64,000 bases of DNA from Terriglobales bacterium (GTDB lineage Bacteria; Acidobacteriota; Terriglobia; Terriglobales; Acidobacteriaceae), in contig DASPRM010000102.1 of NCBI GenBank assembly GCA_035624455.1, forward strand, positions 116 through 64,115. The letters run 5' to 3'. The position numbers and the translations under genes are program-made. Shown here one piece after another: positions 37,872 to 47,226 of this stretch. The notes below the pieces were generated by a model. That model did not search any database. It saw only the letters and a program-made list of their open reading frames with translations, and was not told the origin of the DNA. Each line of letters opens with the position of its first letter. Position 1 is the first letter of the stretch.

Positions 37872-39446
37872 TTACTGGGCGCTCATTCCGAGCTCCTTTG
37901 CAAGTTTTTTCCATTTCTCATCCACCATCGCTTTGACCTTTTTATCCATCGTGATCTCCTCCGGCCAGGGACGTGAGAAGCCTTCCGATGGCCACTTTCG
38001 TGTGGCATCGACTCCCATCTTCGAGCCGAAGTCGGGAAGGCGTGATGCGTGATCCAGCGAGTCGACGGGACCGAGAGTGAACTGAATATCGCGTTCTGGG
38101 TCAATGTGATTCAACGCCCGCCACACCACCTCACCCGAATCCCGGACATTGCAATCCTCGTCGACCACAACGATGCACTTGGTGAACATCGCCTGCCCGA
38201 GTGACCAAATCGCGTTCATTACCTTCCGCGCCTGCCCGGGATAGGACTTGCGGATAGAAACGATCATCAGGTTGTGAAACACGCCTTCGACTGGCAGATT
38301 CACATCCACCAACTCGGGAATGGTAAGCTTCATCAACGGAAGAAAGATGCGTTCCACTGCCTTCCCCATGTAGGCGTCTTCCATCGGCGGTTTGCCCACA
38401 ATCGTTGTGGCATAGATCGGATTCCGGCGATGGGTAATGCAGGTCGCATGAAAAACCGGATACGAATCTTCCAGTGAGTAAAAGCCGGTGTGATCTCCAA
38501 AGGGTCCCTCCATACGCAGCTCGTCCAGATTCACATAGCCTTCCAGGACGATCTCCGCAGAGGCGGGTACTTCCAGATCCACCGTTTCGCACTTCACCAG
38601 CTCCACCGGCTTTTGCCGCAGGAAGCCTGCAACCAGGAACTCCTCGACATCGGGTGGTGCGGGAACAATGGCAGAAAAAGTGAGTGCGGGGTCTGTTCCG
38701 ATTGCTACGGCCACCTCCATGCGTCCTGTTGGTTGACCACCATCCGCAACTCGCGATCCACCGCTGCTTCGCGCCATGATATCTACCCCAGCCGAGCGAC
38801 TGTCTGCACTGCCGGCGGCTTGCCGCATTCGCTCCCGATAATGCTCCGCGCCAATTTTCTGCCGCTGCCAATGCATGCCGGCACTAGTAGCGTCGTAGAC
38901 CTGCATGCGATACATGCCCACGTTCCGCCTTCCAGTTGCGGGGTCGCGTGTGATCACGCACGGCAAGGTAATGAAGCGGCCACCATCCTTGGGCCAGCAT
39001 TTCAGAACTGGAAAATCGAGCAGAGAAAATCCATCGCGCTTGATGACCTCCTTACAAGGACCACTGCTGACTGTCTTCGGAAAGAATTTCCCCATTTCGG
39101 CCAGCATGGGAAGCATCTTGATCTTGTCCAGGAGGCCCTCCGGACTCTTCACATCCATGAATAGCTTGATCCGCTCCGCGACTTCATCCAGCGAATCGAC
39201 GTCCAGCCCCAGTTTCATACGCTGGGTTGAGCCGAATTGATTGATCAGGACTTCTTGCCCGCCATATCCCTTGACGTTTTCGAATAAGATCGCCGGACCT
39301 CCTGCCTGAACTCCTCGCCCGCTCTTCGAGACACGATCGGTGATCTCGGTGATTTCCAGATGCGGATCAACCTCCGTCCTAACGCGCTTCAACTCACCGG
39401 CTTTGTCGAGAGCCGCGATCCACTCCCGCAGGTCGTTGTAGGCCAA
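37872..39446 (-). CDS. UbiD-family (prenylated-FMN-dependent) decarboxylase
   Basis: The N-terminus LREWIAALDKAGELKRV is typical of UbiD. The protein is 524 aa. Confidence 0.85.
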   Translation of the reverse strand: MAYNDLREWIAALDKAGELKRVRTEVDPHLEITEITDRVSKSGRGVQAGGPAILFENVKGYGGQEVLINQFGSTQRMKLGLDVDSLDEVAERIKLFMDVKSPEGLLDKIKMLPMLAEMGKFFPKTVSSGPCKEVIKRDGFSLLDFPVLKCWPKDGGRFITLPCVITRDPATGRRNVGMYRMQVYDATSAGMHWQRQKIGAEHYRERMRQAAGSADSRSAGVDIMARSSGGSRVADGGQPTGRMEVAVAIGTDPALTFSAIVPAPPDVEEFLVAGFLRQKPVELVKCETVDLEVPASAEIVLEGYVNLDELRMEGPFGDHTGFYSLEDSYPVFHATCITHRRNPIYATTIVGKPPMEDAYMGKAVERIFLPLMKLTIPELVDVNLPVEGVFHNLMIVSIRKSYPGQARKVMNAIWSLGQAMFTKCIVVVDEDCNVRDSGEVVWRALNHIDPERDIQFTLGPVDSLDHASRLPDFGSKMGVDATRKWPSEGFSRPWPEEITMDKKVKAMVDEKWKKLAKELGMSAQ

Positions 39447-39569
39447 GTCTCCCTCCCGTGCTGAGAAACGGCCAAAGGATTATAGAGGCCGAGACCTCTA
39501 GAAATTGAACCGTGCTCATTGACGAGTCTGGTATGGTCGGATGGATATTGCTGACCGTGAGCCACAGTC

Positions 39570-40250
39570 ATGCCGCCTGTTCCCGGTATTGAGCCTTTTT
39601 CCGACATCTCCGGCGACCCCGCCGTTCGTGGTTTCCTTCATCACCCCGCTGCTTCCGCGGGGGCATCCCTGGTTCTCACTCATGGGGCTGGTGGGAATAG
39701 CCGAAGCCCCCTACTTGTGGCTCTAGCTAGGGCGTTCGCCGAGGCGGGTTTTTTGGTTCTACGCTGCGATCTGCCCTTTCGCCAGGCGCGTCCTAAGGGA
39801 TCTCCTTATCCGGCTACCGCCGCTAAGGATCGGGAGGGATTGCATCGCGCGCTCGAAGCAGTCCGGCAGTTACAGCCAGGCCGCGCCTTCCTGGGAGGTC
39901 AGTCTTACGGCGGCAGGCAGGCAACTATGCTGGCAGCAGAGAAGCCAGGCCTTGCAGACGGTCTGCTCTTGTTGTCGTATCCGCTGCATCCACCCGGACG
40001 ACCTGCAGATTTGCGCGTCGCCCACTTTCCTCAACTTCACACTCCCCTGCTGTTTGTTCACGGCTCGCGCGACCCCTTTGGATCGCTGGAGGAACTCCGA
40101 GGCGCTCTCCGGCTGATTCCCGCTCGAACCACGCTGCTGGAAATAGAAGGTGCAGGGCACGGACTGGCGACCGCTAAATCCCTGAATCCGGAATTGATCA
40201 CGCGGATCTTAGAAGCGTTTCGCAGCTTCTTCCAGGAGCCTGCCGTCTGA
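39570..40250 (+). CDS. Alpha/beta hydrolase-fold protein (dienelactone hydrolase/KANL3-like)
   Basis: The nucleophile elbow is GQSYGG and the C-terminal His is in GAGHGL. The protein is 226 aa. Confidence 0.7.
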   Translation: MPPVPGIEPFSDISGDPAVRGFLHHPAASAGASLVLTHGAGGNSRSPLLVALARAFAEAGFLVLRCDLPFRQARPKGSPYPATAAKDREGLHRALEAVRQLQPGRAFLGGQSYGGRQATMLAAEKPGLADGLLLLSYPLHPPGRPADLRVAHFPQLHTPLLFVHGSRDPFGSLEELRGALRLIPARTTLLEIEGAGHGLATAKSLNPELITRILEAFRSFFQEPAV

Positions 40251-40276
40251 GAGTTGGCAGGCTCCAAAAGACAATA

Positions 40277-40903
40277 TCAGCGATTCACCTGCAAAGTGGT
40301 TGACGCCGTCACCGTGCCGGACGAAGCCGTGATGGTAGTGCTCCCAGACGCTACGCCTTGCGCCAGGCCACTGGTGGTGATCGTAGCCACCGCGGTGTTG
40401 GAAGATGTCCATGTCACCGAAGAGGTCACATCTTTGGTAGTCCCGTCATTGAACGTTCCAACAGCTGAAAACTGCTGCGTGGGTTGGCTGGACAGGCTGA
40501 TCGACGGGTTCTGGGGTGAAATTTGAATGGAATTCAGCGGCGAGCTGACAACGCTTACCGTCGTTGAGCCGGTAATCCCACCTGAAGTCGCCGAGATGGT
40601 TGCCGACCCAGTCGCTACCGCTGTCGCCAATCCGGTACTGCTGATTGTCACCACCTGCAGATTCGACGAAGTCCAGGTGATGTCGGAAAGGGTCTTGGTT
40701 TGGCCATTATCGAATACTCCAGAAGCGGAAAATTGCTGAGTCCCGCCCTTCAAGAGCGAAGGGCTAGGCGGAGATACCGTGATGGAAGTCAACTGCGGGT
40801 CAACGAAGAAGCCGCTACAAGACGAAGCCAGCGCCAACAAAAACACCGCACAAGCCAGCAGAACCCAGGATTTCCGACTACCGAGTACCATTTGTATCTC
40901 CAT
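40277..40903 (-). CDS. Lipoprotein with two bacterial Ig-like (Big_2) domains
   Basis: The lipobox is LALASSC. Two repeats of about 85 aa are T/S-rich (ITWTSSN..ATISATSG / VTWTSSNTAVATI..TTITASSG). Confidence 0.75.
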   Translation of the reverse strand: MEIQMVLGSRKSWVLLACAVFLLALASSCSGFFVDPQLTSITVSPPSPSLLKGGTQQFSASGVFDNGQTKTLSDITWTSSNLQVVTISSTGLATAVATGSATISATSGGITGSTTVSVVSSPLNSIQISPQNPSISLSSQPTQQFSAVGTFNDGTTKDVTSSVTWTSSNTAVATITTSGLAQGVASGSTTITASSGTVTASTTLQVNR

Positions 40904-41288
40904 GATTCAATACTACTTACGGCAGCGAGTGAGGAGGCTCCGCCCGAACTCCATCGCACTCGATCGCAATGAGTCCCCCGCCCGCAGATGCGCCAAATGC
41001 TTATCTAACCAAAGACCGGATTCAAGCGACGGTCTTGCGTATTATTCCACTAACAAATTGCGGTCCAATGATTAAACCACAGGAAAGAGCGTTTCGGCGG
41101 GTCGTATTCTCACCAGTAGTAACCTGACCGTAACCATTCGGCCTCTATTTTCCCCTGAGCAAAGAAAGCCCTGTAGATCAATCCGCCCGGGCCCTTGGCA
41201 GACCTTGACCGCTTCGCAACTCGTTCAGTGATGAAGGTCACAACGCTCCGGTAGAAGTTATCGATAAGATCAACAACAGGAGCGCCGC

Positions 41289-41558
41289 ATGTGCCTGGCT
41301 ATTCCCGGCAAGATTGTTGAGATCGCCGAGCGATCGCGCTTAGCAACGATCGAGGTCGCAGGTGTGCGCCGCAAAGTCGACCTTGGATTGCTGCAAGACG
41401 AGATGCCCCAACTCGGTGATTGGGTCCTGATCCATGTGGGTTTCGCGATTAGTAAGGTCAGCGAGCAAGAGGCACTTGAGCAGATGCTCACTCTTTCTAG
41501 GCTCGGCGAAGCGGAGCAGGCGATCCGTGAGGTTCGGGCGTACGGGCAGCAAGAATGA
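41289..41558 (+). CDS. hypC: Hydrogenase maturation factor HypC/HybG
   Basis: The N-terminal MCLAIP signature is present. The protein is 89 aa. Confidence 0.9.
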   Translation: MCLAIPGKIVEIAERSRLATIEVAGVRRKVDLGLLQDEMPQLGDWVLIHVGFAISKVSEQEALEQMLTLSRLGEAEQAIREVRAYGQQE

Positions 41559-42682
41559 AGTTTGTTGATGAGTTTCGCGACGCAGAGGTCGTCCACAAGG
41601 CTGCCGGGGAGATTCGCCGCCTCGCTGATCCTGCCCGTCATTACCGAATCATGGAAATCTGTGGCGGCCACACTCATGCTATCTACCGCTTCGGTCTAAA
41701 GGACATACTTCCAGAAAGCATCGAGTTCATCCACGGCCCCGGGTGTCCCATATGTGTGCTCCCCATGGGCCGGATTGACGATGGCTTGTCCCTCGCCGAA
41801 GACTTGAACGTTATCTTTGCCGCTTTCGGTGACGTGATGCGAGTCCCTGGCACACGCGGGAGCCTGCTACAACACAGAGCCCGCGGCATGGATGTGCGCA
41901 TCGTGTATTCCCCTTCCGACGCGTTGACCCTCGCCCACGCAAATCCAGACAGGCACGTAATGTTCTTCGCCATCGGCTTTGAAACCACCGCGCCCTCGAC
42001 CGCGCTCACTCTCATGCGGGCCAAGGCTGAGGGTATCCGCAACTTTTCCGTATTCTGCAATCACGTCACCATCATGCCCGCAGTTCAGGCCATCCTCGAT
42101 TCTGCTGACGTGCAACTCGATGCTTTCATCGGTCCCGGCCATGTCTCCACGGTGATTGGCTGTCAGGCGTATGAATGGATTGCTAAGCATAAAAGCAAGC
42201 CGGTCGTGATTTCCGGCTTCGAGCCTCTGGACATTCTTGAATCTGTCGTAATGATCCTCCGCCAACTCAACGACGGCGAAGCGAAGGTAGAGAACCAGTA
42301 CAAACGAGCGGTGCCTTGGGAGGGAAATCGCACAGCATTGCAGGTGATGGCGGAAGTCTTCGAGCTGCGGCCCGATTTCGAGTGGCGAGGCATTGGATTG
42401 ATCTCCCAATCGGCATTGCGCATTCGCGATTCTTATGCTGCCTGGGACGCCGAGCGGCGCTTCCATATACCGGGTCTGCGCGTCACTGATCCCAAAGCAG
42501 CGCAATGCGGCGAGGTGCTGAAAGGCGTCCTCAAGCCCGTGCAGTGCAAATTATTCGGCCAGGAGTGCACCCCAGAACATCCCCTGGGAGCGCTCATGGT
42601 GTCCTCGGAGGGAGCTTGCGCAGCGTGTTACAGCTACGAACACCGAAAGGCGATGGTGAGCATTCCGAGCCAGTCGGCCTGA
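41555..42682 (+). CDS. hypD: Hydrogenase maturation factor HypD
   Basis: CGGHTHAIY, GPGCPICV and the C-terminal Cys cluster (CxxC..CxxC) are present. The start overlaps the hypC stop in ATGA. Confidence 0.9.
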   Translation: MKFVDEFRDAEVVHKAAGEIRRLADPARHYRIMEICGGHTHAIYRFGLKDILPESIEFIHGPGCPICVLPMGRIDDGLSLAEDLNVIFAAFGDVMRVPGTRGSLLQHRARGMDVRIVYSPSDALTLAHANPDRHVMFFAIGFETTAPSTALTLMRAKAEGIRNFSVFCNHVTIMPAVQAILDSADVQLDAFIGPGHVSTVIGCQAYEWIAKHKSKPVVISGFEPLDILESVVMILRQLNDGEAKVENQYKRAVPWEGNRTALQVMAEVFELRPDFEWRGIGLISQSALRIRDSYAAWDAERRFHIPGLRVTDPKAAQCGEVLKGVLKPVQCKLFGQECTPEHPLGALMVSSEGACAACYSYEHRKAMVSIPSQSA

Positions 42683-42744
42683 AGTCCGAGGCCAGAGACT
42701 CCAGCCCATCTTTCGCCGTTCTTCTTCGCGACCCGCAGATCGAA

Positions 42745-43737
42745 ATGGCTCATGGCGCCGGAGGCACAGCCACCCGACGGCTGGTTGAAGGCTTATTCGC
42801 CCCACTCCTCCTGCATTCTCCCTCGGAGCCCTTAGCCGATGCCGCACATGTTGCGGTCAATGGAACACGGATCGCCGTGACCACAGACAGCTTCGTTGTC
42901 AGCCCATTGTGTTTTCCCGGCGGTTCCATCGGCGAACTCGCAATCAATGGCACCATCAATGACCTGGCAGTCGCGGGCGCCAGACCCGAAGCCATAGTAG
43001 TCACGTTTGTTCTGGAGGCCGGCTTAGCTACGAAAATTTTGGAGGCCGAGGTTCGCGCCATGGCAGAAGCCGCTCGGCGGGCAGGAGTTCAGATCGTGGG
43101 CGGCGACACCAAGGTAGTCGAACATGGCAAGGCAGACCAGATGTACGTCACCACCACAGGAATCGGATCACCTCTGCCCGGCGTGACGATTGACCCGCGC
43201 TTAGTTCAGGTGGGCGACAAAGTTTTGCTCTCCGGCTGCATGGGGGATCACGGCATTACCATCTTGCTCGCACGCGGAGAACTCGACATCCAGGCTGATC
43301 TGCGGTCAGATACGCGCTCGGTATTTCCTCTGGTAGATGCTATGGTTCGAGCCGCGGGCCCGGGCATTCGCTGGATGCGGGATCCGACACGCGGCGGCGT
43401 CGCTACTTCCTTAAATGAGCTGGCGCGCGACTGCAGTCTGGGTATCCACCTCTTCGAGCCTGCGCTGCCGGTCCGGGATGCGGTTCGCGGCGCCTGCGAG
43501 TTGCTGGGACTCGACCCCTTGCACATCGCCAATGAAGGCCAATTTCTCGCGGTGGTTGCCTCGAAATATGCAGAGCGGGCTCTGAACGCCCTCCATCAGA
43601 CACCAGGCGGGGAAGAAGCCCGGGTGATCGGTGAAATTCATGAACAGCCCGCCGCCGCCGTCTTGGTCACCACACCATATGGCGGCAGCCGGGTGGTGGA
43701 CATGCTGGTCGGTGATCCTTTGCCCCGCATTTGTTGA
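42745..43737 (+). CDS. hypE: Hydrogenase maturation carbamoyl dehydratase HypE
   Basis: MAHGAGG at the N-terminus is HypE-like and the PurM-like fold is present. The C-terminal PRIC matches the conserved HypE C-terminal Cys. The ORF track's upstream extension is rejected. Confidence 0.85.
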   Translation: MAHGAGGTATRRLVEGLFAPLLLHSPSEPLADAAHVAVNGTRIAVTTDSFVVSPLCFPGGSIGELAINGTINDLAVAGARPEAIVVTFVLEAGLATKILEAEVRAMAEAARRAGVQIVGGDTKVVEHGKADQMYVTTTGIGSPLPGVTIDPRLVQVGDKVLLSGCMGDHGITILLARGELDIQADLRSDTRSVFPLVDAMVRAAGPGIRWMRDPTRGGVATSLNELARDCSLGIHLFEPALPVRDAVRGACELLGLDPLHIANEGQFLAVVASKYAERALNALHQTPGGEEARVIGEIHEQPAAAVLVTTPYGGSRVVDMLVGDPLPRIC

Positions 43738-43836
43738 GGCTGTGGAAGATGCAAACTCGTCAGATTGAGGGATGCGATTTTCGCAAAAGAATCCCTGCGA
43801 GGGCTGCCCTGGCGCGGTTGTGCACTTAAGTGTCAT

Positions 43837-46149
43837 ATGAGTTCTGCCTTCTCCATCCGCGTGCGCGGGGTTGTCCAGGGCGTGGGATTCCGTCCTTTCG
43901 TCTACCGCCTGGCCCACTCCCATGCGCTGACCGGCTGGGTGCTGAACGGCGGGGATGGAGTCGAGATTCATGTGGAAGGCAGTGATGCGGGATTGCGTGC
44001 CTTCCTGAAGGATCTGGCCACCGAAGCCCCAGCCGCCGCGAGCATTGCAGGCATCGAATCGCGTGAAACAGAAGCCGCAGGTTTGTCGGAATTCACAATC
44101 CGTGAAAGCCAACGGCGAGACCGGCCTACGGTGCACATCTCGCCTGACTTACCGGTCTGTAATGCTTGCCTGCGCGAACTCTTCGAGCCTGCCAATCCAC
44201 GCTATCGCTATCCCTACATCAATTGCACCGACTGCGGACCGCGTTACAGTGTGGTGCTGTCTCTCCCCTACGATCGGCCCAACACCACCATGCGGGCCTG
44301 GCCCCTCGACCAATTCTGCAGTCGCGAGTATCACAACACCGGCAACCGGCGCTTCCATGCTCAGCCTGTAGCTTGTCCCCAGTGTGGGCCAGACTACTTC
44401 TTGCAGCAGCAAAAAGGTGAAACGCTAAGTGGTAATGCAGCTATTCGAAAAACAGCAGATCTGCTGCGGCGAGGCATGATTGTCGCGGTGAAGGGAATTG
44501 GCGGCTATCACTTGGCTTGCGATGCAAGAAACGCCACGGCCGTGGACGGTCTGCGTGAGCGAAAGTTCCGCAAGGAGAAGCCGTTTGCGCTGATGGCGAA
44601 AGACCTTGCTGTTGCGAACACCTTGATCGACCTTACTCCTGAAGCAGAACTGCTACTCAAATCCAACGCCCGCCCTATTGTCCTCGCCGGCGCGAAAACC
44701 AGGCTTCCTCAAGTCGCTCCAGATAATGACGGATTGGGCGTGATGCTCCCATACACCCCATTGCAATACCTGCTGTTCGACGCGGGCGCTCCCGATGTCC
44801 TCGTGATGACCAGTGCCAACCGCTCCAGCGAGCCGATCGCGTATCAGGATCGTGATGCGCTTGATCAACTCGGCGGCATCGCCGACGCCTTCCTGATCGG
44901 CGAGCGTCCTATCGCCCGCCGCGTGGACGATTCGGTAGCTCGCGCCGGCGCCTTTGGCCCTGTCATCCTCCGCCGTTCTCGCGGATACGCCCCGGGCGCA
45001 GTCGCCAGCTTACCGGTTGAAGGTCCCATCCTTGCCGTAGGTGCCGATCTCAAGAACAGCATCACCCTGGTAGTGAACGGCCAGGCATTCGTCAGCCATC
45101 ATATCGGAGACTTAGAGTACTACGAGGCACGCCGTGCTTTTCATGCCACTATAGAAGACCTGCTTGCGATGTATGAGGTGCGTCGCGAAAACCTTTTGGT
45201 CGTGCACGATTCACACCCGCAGTATTTTTCGACTCAGCATGCACTCGGACTTCCGGCGGCAGAGCGACAATCCGTGCAGCACCATCGTGCACACATTGCG
45301 TCGGTTTTGGCAGAGCGCGCCGAGTGGCAAAAACGCGTGCTGGGAGTGAGTTTGGACGGCACAGGCTACGGAGACGATGGCACGATTTGGGGCGGCGAAT
45401 TCTTCGTCGGCAGCATAGCGGAAGGTTTTCAGCGGGTGGCTCACCTTCGGCCTGCCTTCCTCCCCGGTGGAGATGCCGCAGCGCAGTTTCCGGTCCAGGC
45501 TGCGGCGGGTTTTCTTGCGCAATTGGACCACGAACGGGACTTCACGCTCAGGCCGTTCGCCTTCCCTGCCCGTTATCACGATGCCCAGAACCTGATTCGC
45601 CGTAATGTGCGCTGCTTTCGCACAACTTCCTTCGGAAGGCTGTTTGATGCCGCGGCGGCACTGCTTGGCTTCCGTCGCCAAATCACTTTTGAAGGGCAGG
45701 CTGCGATGTGGCTCGAACATCTCGCGCGCCAGGTCAGACACGCAGAGCCGTATCCATTTCCATTTGCGGACGCCGGGCTGGACTTCAGGCCACTGCTCGC
45801 TGCTGTCATCAAGGACCGCCTGCGAGGACGACCTCTCACTCGAATCGCGCGCTCCTTCCAGCGAGCTATAGCCCAGGGCTTGCATGGAGCCGCGACAACG
45901 CTCTGCCGGGACTGCCAGGTGGATACTGTAGTCCTGTCCGGCGGCGTTTTTCAGAATGAGTTATTGATGCTGGATCTGAAGGAGCTGTTCCAGAACGCGG
46001 GCTTGCAGGTATGGACCAATCACACGGTGCCCCCCAACGACGGTGGGATCAGCCTGGGGCAGGCAGCACTTGCGGCTTTTCAAGGCCCGCGGCATGCCCA
46101 CCAGAATCTGCAAAAGCACACTAATGCACGTCGCGCTGCGCTCGTTTGA
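43837..46149 (+). CDS. hypF: Carbamoyltransferase HypF
   Basis: It has an acylphosphatase domain (VRGVVQGVGFRPFVY), two CxxC-x18-CxxC Zn fingers, a YrdC domain and a Kae1-like domain. The start is ATG at 43837. Confidence 0.9.
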   Translation: MSSAFSIRVRGVVQGVGFRPFVYRLAHSHALTGWVLNGGDGVEIHVEGSDAGLRAFLKDLATEAPAAASIAGIESRETEAAGLSEFTIRESQRRDRPTVHISPDLPVCNACLRELFEPANPRYRYPYINCTDCGPRYSVVLSLPYDRPNTTMRAWPLDQFCSREYHNTGNRRFHAQPVACPQCGPDYFLQQQKGETLSGNAAIRKTADLLRRGMIVAVKGIGGYHLACDARNATAVDGLRERKFRKEKPFALMAKDLAVANTLIDLTPEAELLLKSNARPIVLAGAKTRLPQVAPDNDGLGVMLPYTPLQYLLFDAGAPDVLVMTSANRSSEPIAYQDRDALDQLGGIADAFLIGERPIARRVDDSVARAGAFGPVILRRSRGYAPGAVASLPVEGPILAVGADLKNSITLVVNGQAFVSHHIGDLEYYEARRAFHATIEDLLAMYEVRRENLLVVHDSHPQYFSTQHALGLPAAERQSVQHHRAHIASVLAERAEWQKRVLGVSLDGTGYGDDGTIWGGEFFVGSIAEGFQRVAHLRPAFLPGGDAAAQFPVQAAAGFLAQLDHERDFTLRPFAFPARYHDAQNLIRRNVRCFRTTSFGRLFDAAAALLGFRRQITFEGQAAMWLEHLARQVRHAEPYPFPFADAGLDFRPLLAAVIKDRLRGRPLTRIARSFQRAIAQGLHGAATTLCRDCQVDTVVLSGGVFQNELLMLDLKELFQNAGLQVWTNHTVPPNDGGISLGQAALAAFQGPRHAHQNLQKHTNARRAALV

Positions 46150-46154
46150 GACCC

Positions 46155-46673
46155 TCACGCGCGCACAGAGTTCTGGTCCTGTTTACGGGCGCGCTCCTGC
46201 TCTCGCAAATGCCGACGGCGGCCGGCGTCCTCGTAGCGCCGTTTTTCTTCACCGGATTCCGGAATAACCGCAGGGACAGGCAGCCGGCGGCCATGCCTAT
46301 CGATGGCAACGAACGTCAGATAAGCCGAGCTGACGTGCTGGCGCGTTCCGGTAATGTAGTTCTCCACCAGCACCTTTACCCCCACTTCCATCGAAGTATG
46401 AAACGCGCGATTCACCTGCGACTGCAGAATCACCAGGTCGCCCACATGCACCGGTGTCAGGAAATCCAGGTGGTCGATAGAGGCGGTGACTACGTAATTG
46501 CGCGAGTGACGATGAGCCGCAAGTGCACCAGCCATGTCGATCCAGTGCATCAGTCTCCCGCCAAGCAGCGCGCCCAGAGGGTTGGCATCGTTGGGTAATA
46601 CAATTTCCACCATCTCGGAGGCTGACTCGCGGATCGGTCGCGGTTGCAGCAGAACCTCACCCGGGGAGCTCAT
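46155..46673 (-). CDS. Acyl-CoA thioesterase (hotdog fold, YciA-like)
   Basis: The hotdog core is LPNDANPLGALLGGRLMHWIDMAGA..VTASIDHLDFLTPVHVGD. The start is uncertain: ATG at 46673 or at 46613. Confidence 0.75.
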   Translation of the reverse strand: MSSPGEVLLQPRPIRESASEMVEIVLPNDANPLGALLGGRLMHWIDMAGALAAHRHSRNYVVTASIDHLDFLTPVHVGDLVILQSQVNRAFHTSMEVGVKVLVENYITGTRQHVSSAYLTFVAIDRHGRRLPVPAVIPESGEEKRRYEDAGRRRHLREQERARKQDQNSVRA

Positions 46674-47157
46674 TCGTTTCGTCACTCCCTTCTCGCTCTT
46701 GTGTAGCTTCCACCCCAATCGCTCGCCGGTCGAGGTAGACCTGCAGGAAGCATTGCGCCAGCCGCTGAATTTGCGGGTTGTGATGGCTCACCGGCCAATA
46801 ACGCCTTTGCGTATCGTATCGCAGCGAACTGTTTCCGCCGGGCAGGTAATTGCGCTCGCAGACGCAGCAGATCACAATTTGGTGGTCGCGATCCTGGGCA
46901 ATAGAAAAACGCACGGCATCGGCGAAGCGTTCCGCGGGAAGCCAGCCGCACTGGTGGGCATACCCAAGATTGCATTGGCTGCGAAGCGCCTCATCAGTCG
47001 GAACGGATCCATCATGTTCTGGAGCGCAGCACCGCCCTCTGAAGCCGGCTCCAAGCGGCAGTCTCTGCGGGTGAACCCAACCGGCATCATCGAACCGTTC
47101 CGTGGGAGCAAAATAGGGACAGGCCAAAGGTGCGTCTTCCTCTAAGCGCTCAAGCAT
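46657..47157 (-). CDS. Hypothetical cysteine-rich protein (166 aa, 10 Cys)
   Basis: Cys-containing segments include CPYF, RCCAPEH, CNLGYAHQCGW and ICCVCE. I recognise no family. It overlaps the downstream thioesterase by 17 bp if that gene starts at 46673. Confidence 0.4.
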   Translation of the reverse strand: MLERLEEDAPLACPYFAPTERFDDAGWVHPQRLPLGAGFRGRCCAPEHDGSVPTDEALRSQCNLGYAHQCGWLPAERFADAVRFSIAQDRDHQIVICCVCERNYLPGGNSSLRYDTQRRYWPVSHHNPQIQRLAQCFLQVYLDRRAIGVEATQEREGSDETNELPG

Positions 47158-47226
47158 ATCGTTGAGCGCTCACGGCTGCCAATGGCTGATTTGAGGAAAA
47201 CGTTTTTGTCGGGAGAAATCAAGTTC

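Noticed and set aside
37090-39164. Several 200-320-aa ORFs (37090..38052 +, 38131..38871 -, 38490..39164 +) overlapping nuoI-like and ubiD
   Set aside because: They are in alternative frames of, or antisense to, clearly conserved genes. Their products are Arg/Gly/Cys-rich and low-complexity.
41867-42505. 212-aa minus-strand ORF within hypD
   Set aside because: It is antisense to hypD, which carries all HypD signature motifs.
43411-44136. 241-aa minus-strand ORF spanning the hypE 3' end and hypF 5' end
   Set aside because: It overlaps two conserved hyp genes on the opposite strand.
45211-45885. 224-aa minus-strand ORF within hypF
   Set aside because: It is antisense to the Kae1-like domain of hypF.
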